From: Candidatus Woesearchaeota archaeon
Lineage (GTDB): Archaea; Nanobdellota; Nanobdellia; Pacearchaeales; GW2011-AR1
Direction of reading: 5' to 3'
Length of the DNA stretch: 64,000 nt
Assembly (NCBI GenBank): GCA_964612895.1
Contig: CAZTFL010000001.1
Span: forward strand, 177,469 to 241,468
Shown here in pieces: positions 20,239-29,888 of this stretch. A program made the translations under genes and the position numbers. Below the pieces are notes generated by a model. The model was not told the DNA's origin and made no database searches. It worked only from the letters and a program-made list of their open reading frames with translations. Position 1 is the first letter of the stretch. Every line of letters begins with the position of its first letter.

Positions 20239-20517
20239 TTAAAATTTTAGAATTTTAAATCCCTTAAATTCTCCGCTCCATTTTTTTATTTCTGTTTTAA
20301 TATTTCTCACATGAGAGTGTTTTGGGCCTATTTTTAACTCTCTTTCGAAATCTTTTATTAACAAATCATCACCTTCAACTAATATTTCTACGTTTCCATC
20401 TTGTAAATGTCTCATATATCCAACTAATTTATATTTATTAGCAGAATCTAAAATAAATTGAGAATAAAACATATCATTTACAGTTCCCTGCACATTAAAC
20501 TTTTTAGCTGACTTCAT
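20239..20517 (-). CDS. Acylphosphatase-fold protein (catalytic residues substituted)
   Basis: LVGYMRHLQDGNVEILVEG, GPKHSHV, F.GFKI match the acylphosphatase fold. Confidence 0.8.
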   Translation of the reverse strand: MKSAKKFNVQGTVNDMFYSQFILDSANKYKLVGYMRHLQDGNVEILVEGDDLLIKDFERELKIGPKHSHVRNIKTEIKKWSGEFKGFKILKF

Positions 20518-20558
20518 AGAATAAAATAATAGTATAAGTTTTTATATCTTTTGAAAAA

Positions 20559-21152
20559 TTATTCACTGAATTCAAAAACAACTTTATCTTTTAAAATTTT
20601 ATAACCTATTAAGTTCATATCTAAAGGAATATCTTTAACAAAACAAAATTCTTTACCGAAAATTCTTATTTCGAAACCATTTTCTAATTTTAGTATATTT
20701 ATCTGAGATTTGTCTTTTACTTCATCTATGTCTATTTCATAAATAATACTATCCGAAAATCTTTTAACATTTGATTTAGCTATTTTCCTAGGCAATTTAC
20801 TTCTTCTTTCTTTTTCTTCAGGAGATATTTTGATTTCTTCTTTACGAATTTCTTTTTGAACTTCCCTTTTTTGTGGAATTCCTGCTTGAATCTTTATATT
20901 AAATTTAGGTATTTTCCCACTATCTCCCATTTCTTTTTCTAATTGCTTCATTAATGATCCAACAATTTTATCCATTCCAAATGGAAGTTTTACTTCTTGA
21001 GAGAACAAACTGGATTCCAAATTATCATTTTTCCCTAAAAATCCATAATCTTTCTTATTTTTTATATCTTTTATTCCTGCACCGCACCAAGGACAATAGT
21101 TAAAATTTTTATCTATCTTCTTAGCACACGACGGACACTTATTTTTTATCAT
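20559..21152 (-). CDS. Zinc-ribbon plus Hsp20-like domain protein
   Basis: CPSC..YCPWCG N-terminus; C-terminal beta-rich region resembling an alpha-crystallin domain. Confidence 0.65.
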   Translation of the reverse strand: MIKNKCPSCAKKIDKNFNYCPWCGAGIKDIKNKKDYGFLGKNDNLESSLFSQEVKLPFGMDKIVGSLMKQLEKEMGDSGKIPKFNIKIQAGIPQKREVQKEIRKEEIKISPEEKERRSKLPRKIAKSNVKRFSDSIIYEIDIDEVKDKSQINILKLENGFEIRIFGKEFCFVKDIPLDMNLIGYKILKDKVVFEFSE

Positions 21153-21199
21153 ATTAGTAATTATTTTTTATTATATTTAAATGTAACTAAAAACTTATA

Positions 21200-21469
21200 T
21201 CATTTTACCCAATTAGCCTTTTCAGTTTTTATAAAATCGTCCTCGACAAGTGGAGCATTTGATAAAGTTATTTCCTTAAAAGTTTTATCTGTCTGCCAAC
21301 ATTTATCTTCTTCTCTAAGTCCATTTAAATTATTAAAACTTGAAAAATGTTTTTCATCAATATTTATATTATCTAATTTATCTGAGAAATCTTGCAATAT
21401 TTTTTTTACATTCTTATTAATTTCGTCCTTTTCTTTTTCACTTACAATATGCCATTTAAAATCTTCCAT
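21200..21469 (-). CDS. gatC: Asp/Glu-tRNA amidotransferase subunit C-like
   Basis: LREED..F...LSNAP..EDDFIK signature and size. Confidence 0.65.
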   Translation of the reverse strand: MEDFKWHIVSEKEKDEINKNVKKILQDFSDKLDNINIDEKHFSSFNNLNGLREEDKCWQTDKTFKEITLSNAPLVEDDFIKTEKANWVK

Positions 21470-21650
21470 ATTAATTAATATGTTAAATATTTTATAAGTT
21501 TAACTTAATAGTAAAAAAGCACTACTATTTAATTTCTAACAACCATTTGTTAGTTAAACGGTATATAAATAAAACTTCATTAAAAAGTATATTTTGAATT
21601 TTAATATTATATATAAATGAAAAGATCGTTAGTTAATCGGAGGTGAAAAA

Positions 21651-21791
21651 ATGAAGATTTACATAGAAAAACATTATGATCCAAAAAATGATCCTTATAT
21701 GGAAGCTTCAAAGTTAGATAGTTTTTTAAAACCTATTTACAACAAAGGTCACTGGCGTAGATCGGAAAAAGGCATAGAAATAATCCTTTAA
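21651..21791 (+). CDS. Unannotated 46-aa small protein
   Basis: MKIYIEKHYDPKNDPYMEASKLDSFLKPIYNKGHWRRSEKGIEIIL*; SD GGAGGTGA 21639-21646; TATA upstream; T-tract downstream. Confidence 0.7.
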   Translation: MKIYIEKHYDPKNDPYMEASKLDSFLKPIYNKGHWRRSEKGIEIIL

Positions 21792-21856
21792 TTTTTCACT
21801 TTTTTATTTTTTTTCTTTCAACATAATTTTATAAATAAAAGGATATTATTTCTTTA

Positions 21857-22414
21857 ATGAATAAAAGAGGACAGTTCTTTATACTTGCGTCTGTAATCGT
21901 ATCAGCATTAATTTTTAGCATAAGTATGACCGTAAATCAAGTTAATACATATAAAGAATTTAACAAAATAGAGGGATACTCGGAAATAATAGATAAAGAA
22001 ATATCTCAAGTTCAAGATTATCAAATATATAATGATATTCCTGATGAAAAAATAGAAGATTTTGTTCAAAAATTATCTAAAAATTTACAAGATCAAGATC
22101 CAAGCATGAATTTTGCTATCTTTTATGGGAATAAAGAAACTATAATTGTAAAAAATTATGGAGAAAATGGAATATCTGTTAATGAATATTTAATCTCAGG
22201 AAAAAAAGATAATTCTGGGATAATTACGCTACAAACAGGAATGTTAAAAACATCAACAGATATAGGTGGAGAAAAAATTATTATTAATCCTGGCCAAGAA
22301 ATATCAGTTATTTTTGATAATAAAAGTTATTATTTTACAATACCGGAACATAATATAGTTATATTCTTATTACAACAGGGAGATGAAGATGAACAATTTG
22401 TTACAATCAAGTAA
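21857..22414 (+). CDS. Pilin-like protein, class III signal peptide
   Basis: MNKRG|QFFILASVIVSALIFSI. Confidence 0.7.
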   Translation: MNKRGQFFILASVIVSALIFSISMTVNQVNTYKEFNKIEGYSEIIDKEISQVQDYQIYNDIPDEKIEDFVQKLSKNLQDQDPSMNFAIFYGNKETIIVKNYGENGISVNEYLISGKKDNSGIITLQTGMLKTSTDIGGEKIIINPGQEISVIFDNKSYYFTIPEHNIVIFLLQQGDEDEQFVTIK

Positions 22415-23489
22415 GAAAAGAGCTGTAAGTAATATTGTAGCTTATGCTTTACTAATATCAATAACTATATCTCTATCGGTATTGGTTTATAGTTGGCTGA
22501 GAAATTATGTAAATCCAAATGAAACACCAGATTGTCCTGATGGAATTTCATTATATATAGAAAAATACGATTGTAATTCTGAAGATAATTTGATGTTATT
22601 AAATATAAAAAATAATGGTAGATATACTATAGATGATATTTTAGTAAGTTTAAATAATAAAAGCGGGGCAACGCAAGCAATTTTTAAAATAGATAACTCA
22701 AAATTATTTGTTTTAGATGAGTATAAAGAAGATGATTTATTACTAAAATTATCATTTAATTCAGAATTAGATCTTGCTGGAGGAATAAATAATGGTTCTA
22801 AATGGACGAAACTTGGGAAAATAGGCGGAGCAAGAAATTTTGATGGAATTGATGATTATATTAATTTACCAAAATTAAATCCTATAGAAAATCATCCTGT
22901 AAGTTTTAGTGCTTGGATAAAATGGAGCGAACAAGAATTACCTCCAACATCAGGTATTTGGGGAACAACTGGTGGAAATAGTTTAAATTCTCATTTTGAA
23001 ATTGAGTCAACTGGTATGAGGTTAAGATTAGGAGATCTTAATATAAGATATATGAATTCTCCATTAAAAGATAAGTGGATATATTTGTCTTTTGTTTATG
23101 ATGGATATAATGTAACATATTATATTAATGGTATTGAAATAAATTCTACATCTAATTTTACTGGAGAAATATTTACAGGAGAAATCCATACTCTTGGACG
23201 TTCTGACGTCGGTAGATATTTTAAAGGACTAATAGACGAAGTAAAAATATTTGGAAGAGCATTAACGCAAGAAGAAATTATCAACTTATATACAACTGGA
23301 TATACAAAGAATTTCTCATCAGTTACTGGAGCTATTAATTTATTACCATCACAATCAAAATATATAGGATTCAATTATTCTGATTTTTCTAAAATAAAAA
23401 CAATTCAAATTCAACCAATATTTTTTCAAGATAGTAATTTTGCATATTGTTCTCCTATAATTGAAAAAAATATTGATATATGTAATTAA
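22383..23489 (+). CDS. Archaeal type IV pilin with inserted LamG-like domain
   Basis: KKRA|VSNIVAYALLISITISLSVLVY; GKIGGARNFDGIDDYI...FKGLIDEVKIFGRALT.EI LamG motifs. Confidence 0.85.
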   Translation: MKMNNLLQSSKKRAVSNIVAYALLISITISLSVLVYSWLRNYVNPNETPDCPDGISLYIEKYDCNSEDNLMLLNIKNNGRYTIDDILVSLNNKSGATQAIFKIDNSKLFVLDEYKEDDLLLKLSFNSELDLAGGINNGSKWTKLGKIGGARNFDGIDDYINLPKLNPIENHPVSFSAWIKWSEQELPPTSGIWGTTGGNSLNSHFEIESTGMRLRLGDLNIRYMNSPLKDKWIYLSFVYDGYNVTYYINGIEINSTSNFTGEIFTGEIHTLGRSDVGRYFKGLIDEVKIFGRALTQEEIINLYTTGYTKNFSSVTGAINLLPSQSKYIGFNYSDFSKIKTIQIQPIFFQDSNFAYCSPIIEKNIDICN

Positions 23490-23555
23490 ATGATAAATAT
23501 ATATAAATTTTTATAAAAGCTATCATTTTTAAAATAAAAAAAATAAATTATATAT

Positions 23556-25505
23556 ATGGAAAGAAATGAATTTAAAATAGTTTCAGAATTTGGTCCCGCT
23601 GGTTCTCAAATAAATGCTATAAAAGATTTAACGAATGGAGTTAAAAATCAAGAAAAATTTCAAACACTATTAGGAGTTACGGGTTCTGGAAAGACTTTTA
23701 CTATAGCCAATTTAATAAATAATGTTCAAAAAACAACTTTAGTTTTAGCTCATAATAAAACATTAGCAGCACAACTTTATGAAGAATTAAAATCTCTATT
23801 CCCAAATAATAGAGTAGAATATTTTGTTTCTTATTATGATTATTATCAACCAGAAAGCTATATGCCAGCTACTGATCAGTATATTGAAAAAGACTCAAGT
23901 GTAAATCCGAAATTAGACCAACTTAGATTATCAGCAACATCTTCTTTATTATCTAGAAATGATGTTATAGTAGTATCTAGCGTTTCTTGTATTTATGGAT
24001 TAGGGAAACCAGAGAATTTTGAATTATTTAGATTTAGTCTTCATGTAGGAGATAATTACGGAAGAAAAAAATTAATTAGTAATTTAATAAATTCTCAATA
24101 TGAAAGAAATGATACGGAATTATCTTCCGGAAAATTTAAAGTGAATGGCGAAATAATTGATTTTATTCCAGCTTCAGAAAATAATATTATGAGAGTAGAA
24201 TTTTTTGGTGATGAAATAGATAAGATATACCAAATTGATAAAATAACCGGAGAAAAAATCGATAGTTATGATTATTTTGCGGTATACCCTGCCAAACATT
24301 TTATGGTAAATGAAGAAGAAATTGAGAGTGCATTAAAAAGTATAGAAAATGAATTGAATCTTGTTTTACCTAGTATGGAAATGTTAGAAGCTTATAGAAT
24401 TAAACAAAGAACTTTACATGATATCGAAATGATAAAAGAAACTGGATATTGTAAGGGGATAGAAAATTATTCAAGACATTTTGATAATAGAAAAGAAGGA
24501 GATAAACCATATTGCTTACTTGATTATTTTCCAAATGATTCATTATTAATAATAGATGAAAGTCATCAAACAATTCCTCAACTTCATGGAATGTATAATG
24601 GCGATAGGGCTAGAAAGAAAAATTTAATTGATTTTGGATTTAGATTACCAAGTGCTTATGATAACCGTCCATTAAAATTTGATGAATTTGAAGAAATAAT
24701 AAAAAATAAATTTCAAACTATATTTGTTTCAGCAACACCAGGTGAATATGAAATGTTAAAGAGTGAAAAAATTATTGAACAAATTATTCGTCCAACTGGT
24801 CTTGTTGATCCTGAAGTATTCATAAAACCAATTGATAATCAAATAAAAGACATTGAAAAAGAAATACAATATGAAATAAAGAAAGGAAATAGAATTTTAA
24901 TCACAACTCTTACAAAAAAAATGTCCGAAGAATTAACAAATTACTTAATAGAGCATAAAATTAAATCAAAATATTTACATTCTGATATAGAAACTCTTCA
25001 TAGAACAGAAATAATAAGACAATTAAGATTAGGAGAATTCGATGTTTTAGTTGGAATTAATTTATTAAGGGAAGGATTAGATATTCCAGAGGTGGGTTTA
25101 GTTGGAATACTTGATGCTGACAAAGAAGGTTTTTTAAGAAATGATAAGAGTTTGATTCAAACAATTGGTAGAGCGGCGAGAAATAAAGATGCAAGAGTTA
25201 TATTATACGCAGATGTTATGACCGACTCTATAAAAAGAGCAATAGAGGAAACTAAACGTAGGAGAGAGATTCAAATTAATTACAATAAAAAAAATAATAT
25301 TATCCCTATGAGCATAATAAAACCAATAAAACAAAAAGAAATAGAAATAGATGATTCTGCTTATGTTTCAGATTCTGAAATACCAAATTTATTAATTGAA
25401 TTACAAAAAGAGATGGAAATTGCTGCCGAAAAACTTGAATTTGAAAGAGCTATATTTATAAGAGAAAAAATAAAAAAAATGGAAAAGAGATTAAAATTGT
25501 CTTAA
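23556..25505 (+). CDS. uvrB: Excinuclease ABC subunit B
   Basis: LLGVTGSGKTFT, YYDYYQPE, DESH, FRLPSAYDNRPL, C-terminal UVR coil. Confidence 0.98.
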   Translation: MERNEFKIVSEFGPAGSQINAIKDLTNGVKNQEKFQTLLGVTGSGKTFTIANLINNVQKTTLVLAHNKTLAAQLYEELKSLFPNNRVEYFVSYYDYYQPESYMPATDQYIEKDSSVNPKLDQLRLSATSSLLSRNDVIVVSSVSCIYGLGKPENFELFRFSLHVGDNYGRKKLISNLINSQYERNDTELSSGKFKVNGEIIDFIPASENNIMRVEFFGDEIDKIYQIDKITGEKIDSYDYFAVYPAKHFMVNEEEIESALKSIENELNLVLPSMEMLEAYRIKQRTLHDIEMIKETGYCKGIENYSRHFDNRKEGDKPYCLLDYFPNDSLLIIDESHQTIPQLHGMYNGDRARKKNLIDFGFRLPSAYDNRPLKFDEFEEIIKNKFQTIFVSATPGEYEMLKSEKIIEQIIRPTGLVDPEVFIKPIDNQIKDIEKEIQYEIKKGNRILITTLTKKMSEELTNYLIEHKIKSKYLHSDIETLHRTEIIRQLRLGEFDVLVGINLLREGLDIPEVGLVGILDADKEGFLRNDKSLIQTIGRAARNKDARVILYADVMTDSIKRAIEETKRRREIQINYNKKNNIIPMSIIKPIKQKEIEIDDSAYVSDSEIPNLLIELQKEMEIAAEKLEFERAIFIREKIKKMEKRLKLS

Positions 25506-25539
25506 TAAATTTTAAAAACTTGTTTTGTTTGTTTTCTAT

Positions 25540-26229
25540 ATGGTTTTAAAAAGAGTTGTTATAAGTTTGGGAGGTTCTAGAATTATTCCAGATGAAGTAG
25601 ATTTAAATTTTTTGATTAGTTTTAAGAAAATGATTAATAAATATAAAAATACAAAATTCGTGGTAGTTACTGGTGGTGGAACAACTGCTAGAAAATATAT
25701 AAACGCATACAAAAAATTACATAAAAATTTTGATGAACAATCAAATACTGGGATTGCTATAACAAGATTTCATGCTTTTTTTATGATGAATTTTTTCGGA
25801 AAAGAGGCCAATGAAACTCATCCATATTCGCTAAAAAAAGTTGAGAATTTATTAAATAAAAATCATATTGTTTTTTGTGGTGCTTTACGAAAAACTAAAA
25901 GACCTCAAACAACAGACGCAACTGCTGCTAGTATTGCTACTCATATTAAATGTCCATTTATTAATTTAACAAATGTTAAAGGAATATATACAGATAATCC
26001 TAAAACAAATAAAAATGCGAAATTTATTAAAAATATATCTTGGGAGAATTTTAACAACATTGCTAAAAAAATAAAATTCACATCAGGACAACATTTTGTA
26101 TTAGATCAAAGAGGTTCAGAAATTATATATAAAAATAAAATACCTACATATATAGTAGATAATTTAGAAGATATAAATAAAATTATTAGCGAAAAAACAA
26201 ATTACAAAGGAAGTTTAATTTATGGATAA
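25540..26229 (+). CDS. pyrH: UMP kinase (archaeal type)
   Basis: VISLGGS, VVTGGG..AR.YI, TTDA, TNVKGIYTDNP. Confidence 0.92.
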   Translation: MVLKRVVISLGGSRIIPDEVDLNFLISFKKMINKYKNTKFVVVTGGGTTARKYINAYKKLHKNFDEQSNTGIAITRFHAFFMMNFFGKEANETHPYSLKKVENLLNKNHIVFCGALRKTKRPQTTDATAASIATHIKCPFINLTNVKGIYTDNPKTNKNAKFIKNISWENFNNIAKKIKFTSGQHFVLDQRGSEIIYKNKIPTYIVDNLEDINKIISEKTNYKGSLIYG

Positions 26230-26800
26230 AAATATTTATGATTTGAGATTAGTGAGGTCTGATGAGAGTATTTTCTTAAAAGAAATAAATAGTAAAAATG
26301 ATATTTCAAAAGAAGATAAATGTGATGGATATTTAGTTAATTGTAATGGAGATGAAAAAGAGTCTAGAAGAATTGTCGAATCTTTAAGGAATAAAGGTAA
26401 AATAATTGCTATCATGGGATATGATAATGTATATAACAGAAGAATTCTTGAAACTTTTGTAATAAATTATTTAGTTTCTCCAGAGAAATATGAGAAAAAT
26501 GATAATTTAAAACAAAAAGATTCTGGAATAAATCATGTTCTTGCGAAAATTGCAAAACAAAAGAATATTTCTATAGTTATTGATTTTAGTGATTTAAAAG
26601 AATGTAATCCTTTGGAATTGTCTACTAGATTATCTAGAATTATACAAAATATAAAAATTTGTAGAAAAACTAATACTAAAATAAACATAGCAACATTTGC
26701 AAAAAATAAAAAAGAATTTGTTAAAAAGAAAGATTTACAAGAATTTATGTTATCAATTGGAGCTTCAACAAAACAAGCAAAAGAATCTGTAGAATATTAA
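26222..26800 (+). CDS. rnp3: RNase P protein component p30
   Basis: NRRILE, DSGINHVLAKIA; precedes the r-protein region. Confidence 0.8.
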   Translation: MDKNIYDLRLVRSDESIFLKEINSKNDISKEDKCDGYLVNCNGDEKESRRIVESLRNKGKIIAIMGYDNVYNRRILETFVINYLVSPEKYEKNDNLKQKDSGINHVLAKIAKQKNISIVIDFSDLKECNPLELSTRLSRIIQNIKICRKTNTKINIATFAKNKKEFVKKKDLQEFMLSIGASTKQAKESVEY

Positions 26801-26801
26801 A

Positions 26802-27446
26802 TTATTTTTTTAATGCCTTTCTTTGAGTTGTAGAGCTTAACTTATCTTGTGAGGCTGGTTTTATATTTGGAACAGATTTATCACTTTTTGCAAATTCTTG
26901 TTTTATATCTACATTTTCAGGAGCTTTTTCATTTTTATTAGTATTTTCCTCTTCTCTTTGTTCTCTTATTTTTTCTTCTTCGGCTTCTTTTGTTACAACT
27001 TTTTGAAGTGCAGACTTATCAACTTTTCCTTTTTTCCTTAAATCCTTATCCATTTTATACTTAACAATTTCTGGAATCTCTGCTAATTGTGCATATACAA
27101 CTCCATCTATCTTTTTAGCAATAACTTTAACTTTATGTAAAGGTTTCTTTATACCTCTAAACCATATTTCATTATTCAAATAAATGTCTATTTTTACTTT
27201 ATTCAAATCTCTATCTTCTACTTTCATATTTTTTGCTAAAAACTCTTTTAATACTTTGATTGCTTTTTTACCTCTTTTATACCTTGGAACTTTTAAGAAT
27301 CCTTTTCTTAATGGTACAACATATGTTCTTTCTAGTTCTATCTTTTTCTCTGATTTTTTTTTCTTTTGTAAATTTTTCTTTACATCTGAAACAGCAGATT
27401 GTGTTTTCTCTTTAATAGTTTTTTTAGTTTTATTAATTTCTTCCAT
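26802..27446 (-). CDS. rpl31e: Ribosomal protein eL31 with long charged extensions
   Basis: ERTYVVPLR, PRYKR.KKAIK, LNNEIW.RGIKKP. Confidence 0.93.
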   Translation of the reverse strand: MEEINKTKKTIKEKTQSAVSDVKKNLQKKKKSEKKIELERTYVVPLRKGFLKVPRYKRGKKAIKVLKEFLAKNMKVEDRDLNKVKIDIYLNNEIWFRGIKKPLHKVKVIAKKIDGVVYAQLAEIPEIVKYKMDKDLRKKGKVDKSALQKVVTKEAEEEKIREQREEENTNKNEKAPENVDIKQEFAKSDKSVPNIKPASQDKLSSTTQRKALKK

Positions 27447-27448
27447 TT

Positions 27449-27670
27449 TTATCCTAACCAGCTTTTTTTAGCTCTCCTTGGTTTTATTTTTAATTTTCTA
27501 ATTCTCCAATTTCTCTTTATATGAGTATGTTGAGAAGGGTGTACTTTTTTACCTTTTCCATATTTTTTCAGAACTGTCCAATATGGAGCCCATCTTGTTT
27601 GATTCCCAAGTTTTGCAAGATGTCTTTTCTTGCTACTTCTCATTGTTGCTTTTCTACTCGCCATCTTCAT
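27449..27670 (-). CDS. rpl39e: Ribosomal protein eL39
   Basis: KKRHLAK..NQTRWAPYW...RNWR..KLK; adjacent to rpl31e. Confidence 0.85.
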   Translation of the reverse strand: MKMASRKATMRSSKKRHLAKLGNQTRWAPYWTVLKKYGKGKKVHPSQHTHIKRNWRIRKLKIKPRRAKKSWLG

Positions 27671-28163
27671 TAATCTCTTGATTTAAATTTTCATTAATAT
27701 TAACTTTTTCTTTTGCTATAAAATTTGTAAAATTAAGAGAAATTACTTCTTTTGTTTCAACACTATCTAGAAAATCTCTTCCTTTTTGTGTTAATCTTCT
27801 TCCATGTTGTAAATTTGATAATTTTTCCACTAAACCCGCTTTTTCTGCCTGTTGTAATATCATTCTTATAATTTTCCCACTTGCTTTTCTAAATTCCTCT
27901 GGCCTTCCACCTCTATTCTTTTTTGAACCATATTTTATTCTTAATGTTCCAACACCACAAACTCCTTTAATATAAAGTTGTCTTAATATACTTGCAGACC
28001 TTGTATACCAAAAATCATCTTGAACTGGAGGTCTTTGTTTCGAAGTTCCACTTTTAACGAAATTAGCCCATAAAGGAACTTCAAATTCTGGAACTCTTTT
28101 CAATAATTCAGCCAAATTTTTAATAAACTCACTTGCTTCTTTTGAATATATTTCTTTTCCCAT
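27654..28163 (-). CDS. rps19e: Ribosomal protein eS19
   Basis: P.WANFVKSG, FWYTRSASILR, SGKIIR.ILQQ, GRRLT.KG..FLD. Confidence 0.95.
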   Translation of the reverse strand: MGKEIYSKEASEFIKNLAELLKRVPEFEVPLWANFVKSGTSKQRPPVQDDFWYTRSASILRQLYIKGVCGVGTLRIKYGSKKNRGGRPEEFRKASGKIIRMILQQAEKAGLVEKLSNLQHGRRLTQKGRDFLDSVETKEVISLNFTNFIAKEKVNINENLNQEINEDGE

Positions 28164-28303
28164 TTTTTTGTATTTTAGGCCTTTCTTTTCGAAAGTAAAT
28201 CGTCTAAATCTATTGATTGACTTTAAACCTGTAATTTTATATTTTTTACATTTATAAAGCTTTCTAAATTAAAAAATAATTAAGTATCTTATTATAATAA
28301 TAA

Positions 28304-28802
28304 CTATATATTTTCATAAATTTTCTTACATATTTTATTTATAATAGAATTCATATAACTTAAAGATTCATTTCTAGAAACTCTTTTATCTCTATTAATA
28401 TCCATTTCTGGAAGTTTTTGAGATAAAAAAAATTCTGATTGATAAAGCGTAACATCAGCACTTGGTGAAGAGCCTTCATACTGCCATCCTATTTTCTGGC
28501 CACCATTTAATGTTTTTTCTTTATATGATAGAATCTTTATAATTAAACAAATATCCATTAACAGAACAAAGTTCTCCTTCACCTAATGTATATCCTAATT
28601 CTTGTAAGTCTTTATTTGGAATAGAATATGACCCCTTAAATATATACTCCGCTCCTCTTTCTGTTTTTATAAAAGGTTCAATATTAATTTTAATTTGTTG
28701 ATAAGTTGGTTTCATTGTAGAACACGATATTAACATAGATAAACCAGTAGATAATATAGAAATATTTTTAATTGTAGATTTTAATTTTTCTTTTAAACTC
28801 AT
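28304..28802 (-). pseudogene. Probable frameshifted lipoprotein-like protein with C-terminal EF-hand-like loop (two overlapping ORFs)
   Basis: ORF 28521..28802 has a signal ending LISC; overlapping ORF 28304..28582 ends with DINRDKRVSRNE. Joined, they give the same architecture as 42184..42675. Confidence 0.55.
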
Positions 28803-28933
28803 TTTCTTTTATTAATCTTTTTACTACTATAGAGTTTGTAATGATCTATTTAAATGTTTACATTAATGACACTAAAGAATGGTTACAAATAGTATGTATT
28901 TGATTAAAAAATCTTATTATCTAAATTGTTGTA

Positions 28934-29215
28934 TTAGATTATTGTAAATAATTTATCGTCATGAACATTAAATACTTTTAATCTAACTCCAGAGTCTATC
29001 CATCCATGTGAATAGTTTAAAGCTGCAAAACAATTTACCCAATCTCCTTTAGAAAAAAAATGATGAGCATCTGAAATATAATTGGTAGCCATTTCTATTA
29101 TTTCTTTAGCATCAATTTCTTTACCCGAAAAAATATTTTTTTTTACCTCTTCTAATGCTCTTTCAGTTAAATTAAAATATTTCACTATCTTTTTTTTATT
29201 GATTCTATTTTTCAA
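28934..29215 (-). CDS. DUF357 family protein
   Basis: YISDAHHF..KGD.VN.FAALNY.HGWID.G. Confidence 0.85.
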   Translation of the reverse strand: MKNRINKKKIVKYFNLTERALEEVKKNIFSGKEIDAKEIIEMATNYISDAHHFFSKGDWVNCFAALNYSHGWIDSGVRLKVFNVHDDKLFTII

Positions 29216-29216
29216 T

Positions 29217-29888
29217 TTATGAATTTCTCCCTCTTTTAATTATAAAACTTGAACCAATCATGGATGAATTAATTCCATAAATATTTAAATCATTAATTTG
29301 AAAATTAAAAGGACCTTCTATTAAAGGAATATGAGAATCCTGAGAAAATTGTTCTATTATTTCTTGTATTTCAATTTGTGATAAAACAATTTTAGTTATT
29401 TGTTTGACTCCTCTTTTAATTACAGAAATTTCTTGATTTACGCCAGGACATTGAATAATATTAATCATAGGATCAGCTAATAATGTATTAATCTTTCCAT
29501 ATCTTCTAATATTCTTTTTATTACTAATTAATCCACCAGGAATTCTTGAAAAACTTTCAGAAGACAACTTTAACGAGTAAGATGTCTTTGGAGGAATTTG
29601 TGATTCTACAATATCAGAATTAACTTTTTGTATAATATTCAAACTTTCTTTATTAATTTCATCTGATATATCTGAATCTATGCTATCATGTAAATTAATC
29701 AAATTAATTAATCCTTCTTGTTTTATAGCTATGGCTTCCATTAGTTCATTAGATAGTTTCAAAACTAAATCGGAACTTAATATTTCAGAATTTTCTATAT
29801 TAAAAATTTTTTTTTGAATTGTAATTAAAATAGATTTAGTAAATTTTTTTATAAAATCCAAATTAATAAAGTTTATATCTTCCATCAT
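29217..29888 (-). CDS. Protein resembling the N-domain of a secretion/T4P ATPase, without a P-loop
   Basis: YGKINTLLADPMINIIQCPG; no Walker A motif. Confidence 0.55.
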   Translation of the reverse strand: MMEDINFINLDFIKKFTKSILITIQKKIFNIENSEILSSDLVLKLSNELMEAIAIKQEGLINLINLHDSIDSDISDEINKESLNIIQKVNSDIVESQIPPKTSYSLKLSSESFSRIPGGLISNKKNIRRYGKINTLLADPMINIIQCPGVNQEISVIKRGVKQITKIVLSQIEIQEIIEQFSQDSHIPLIEGPFNFQINDLNIYGINSSMIGSSFIIKRGRNS

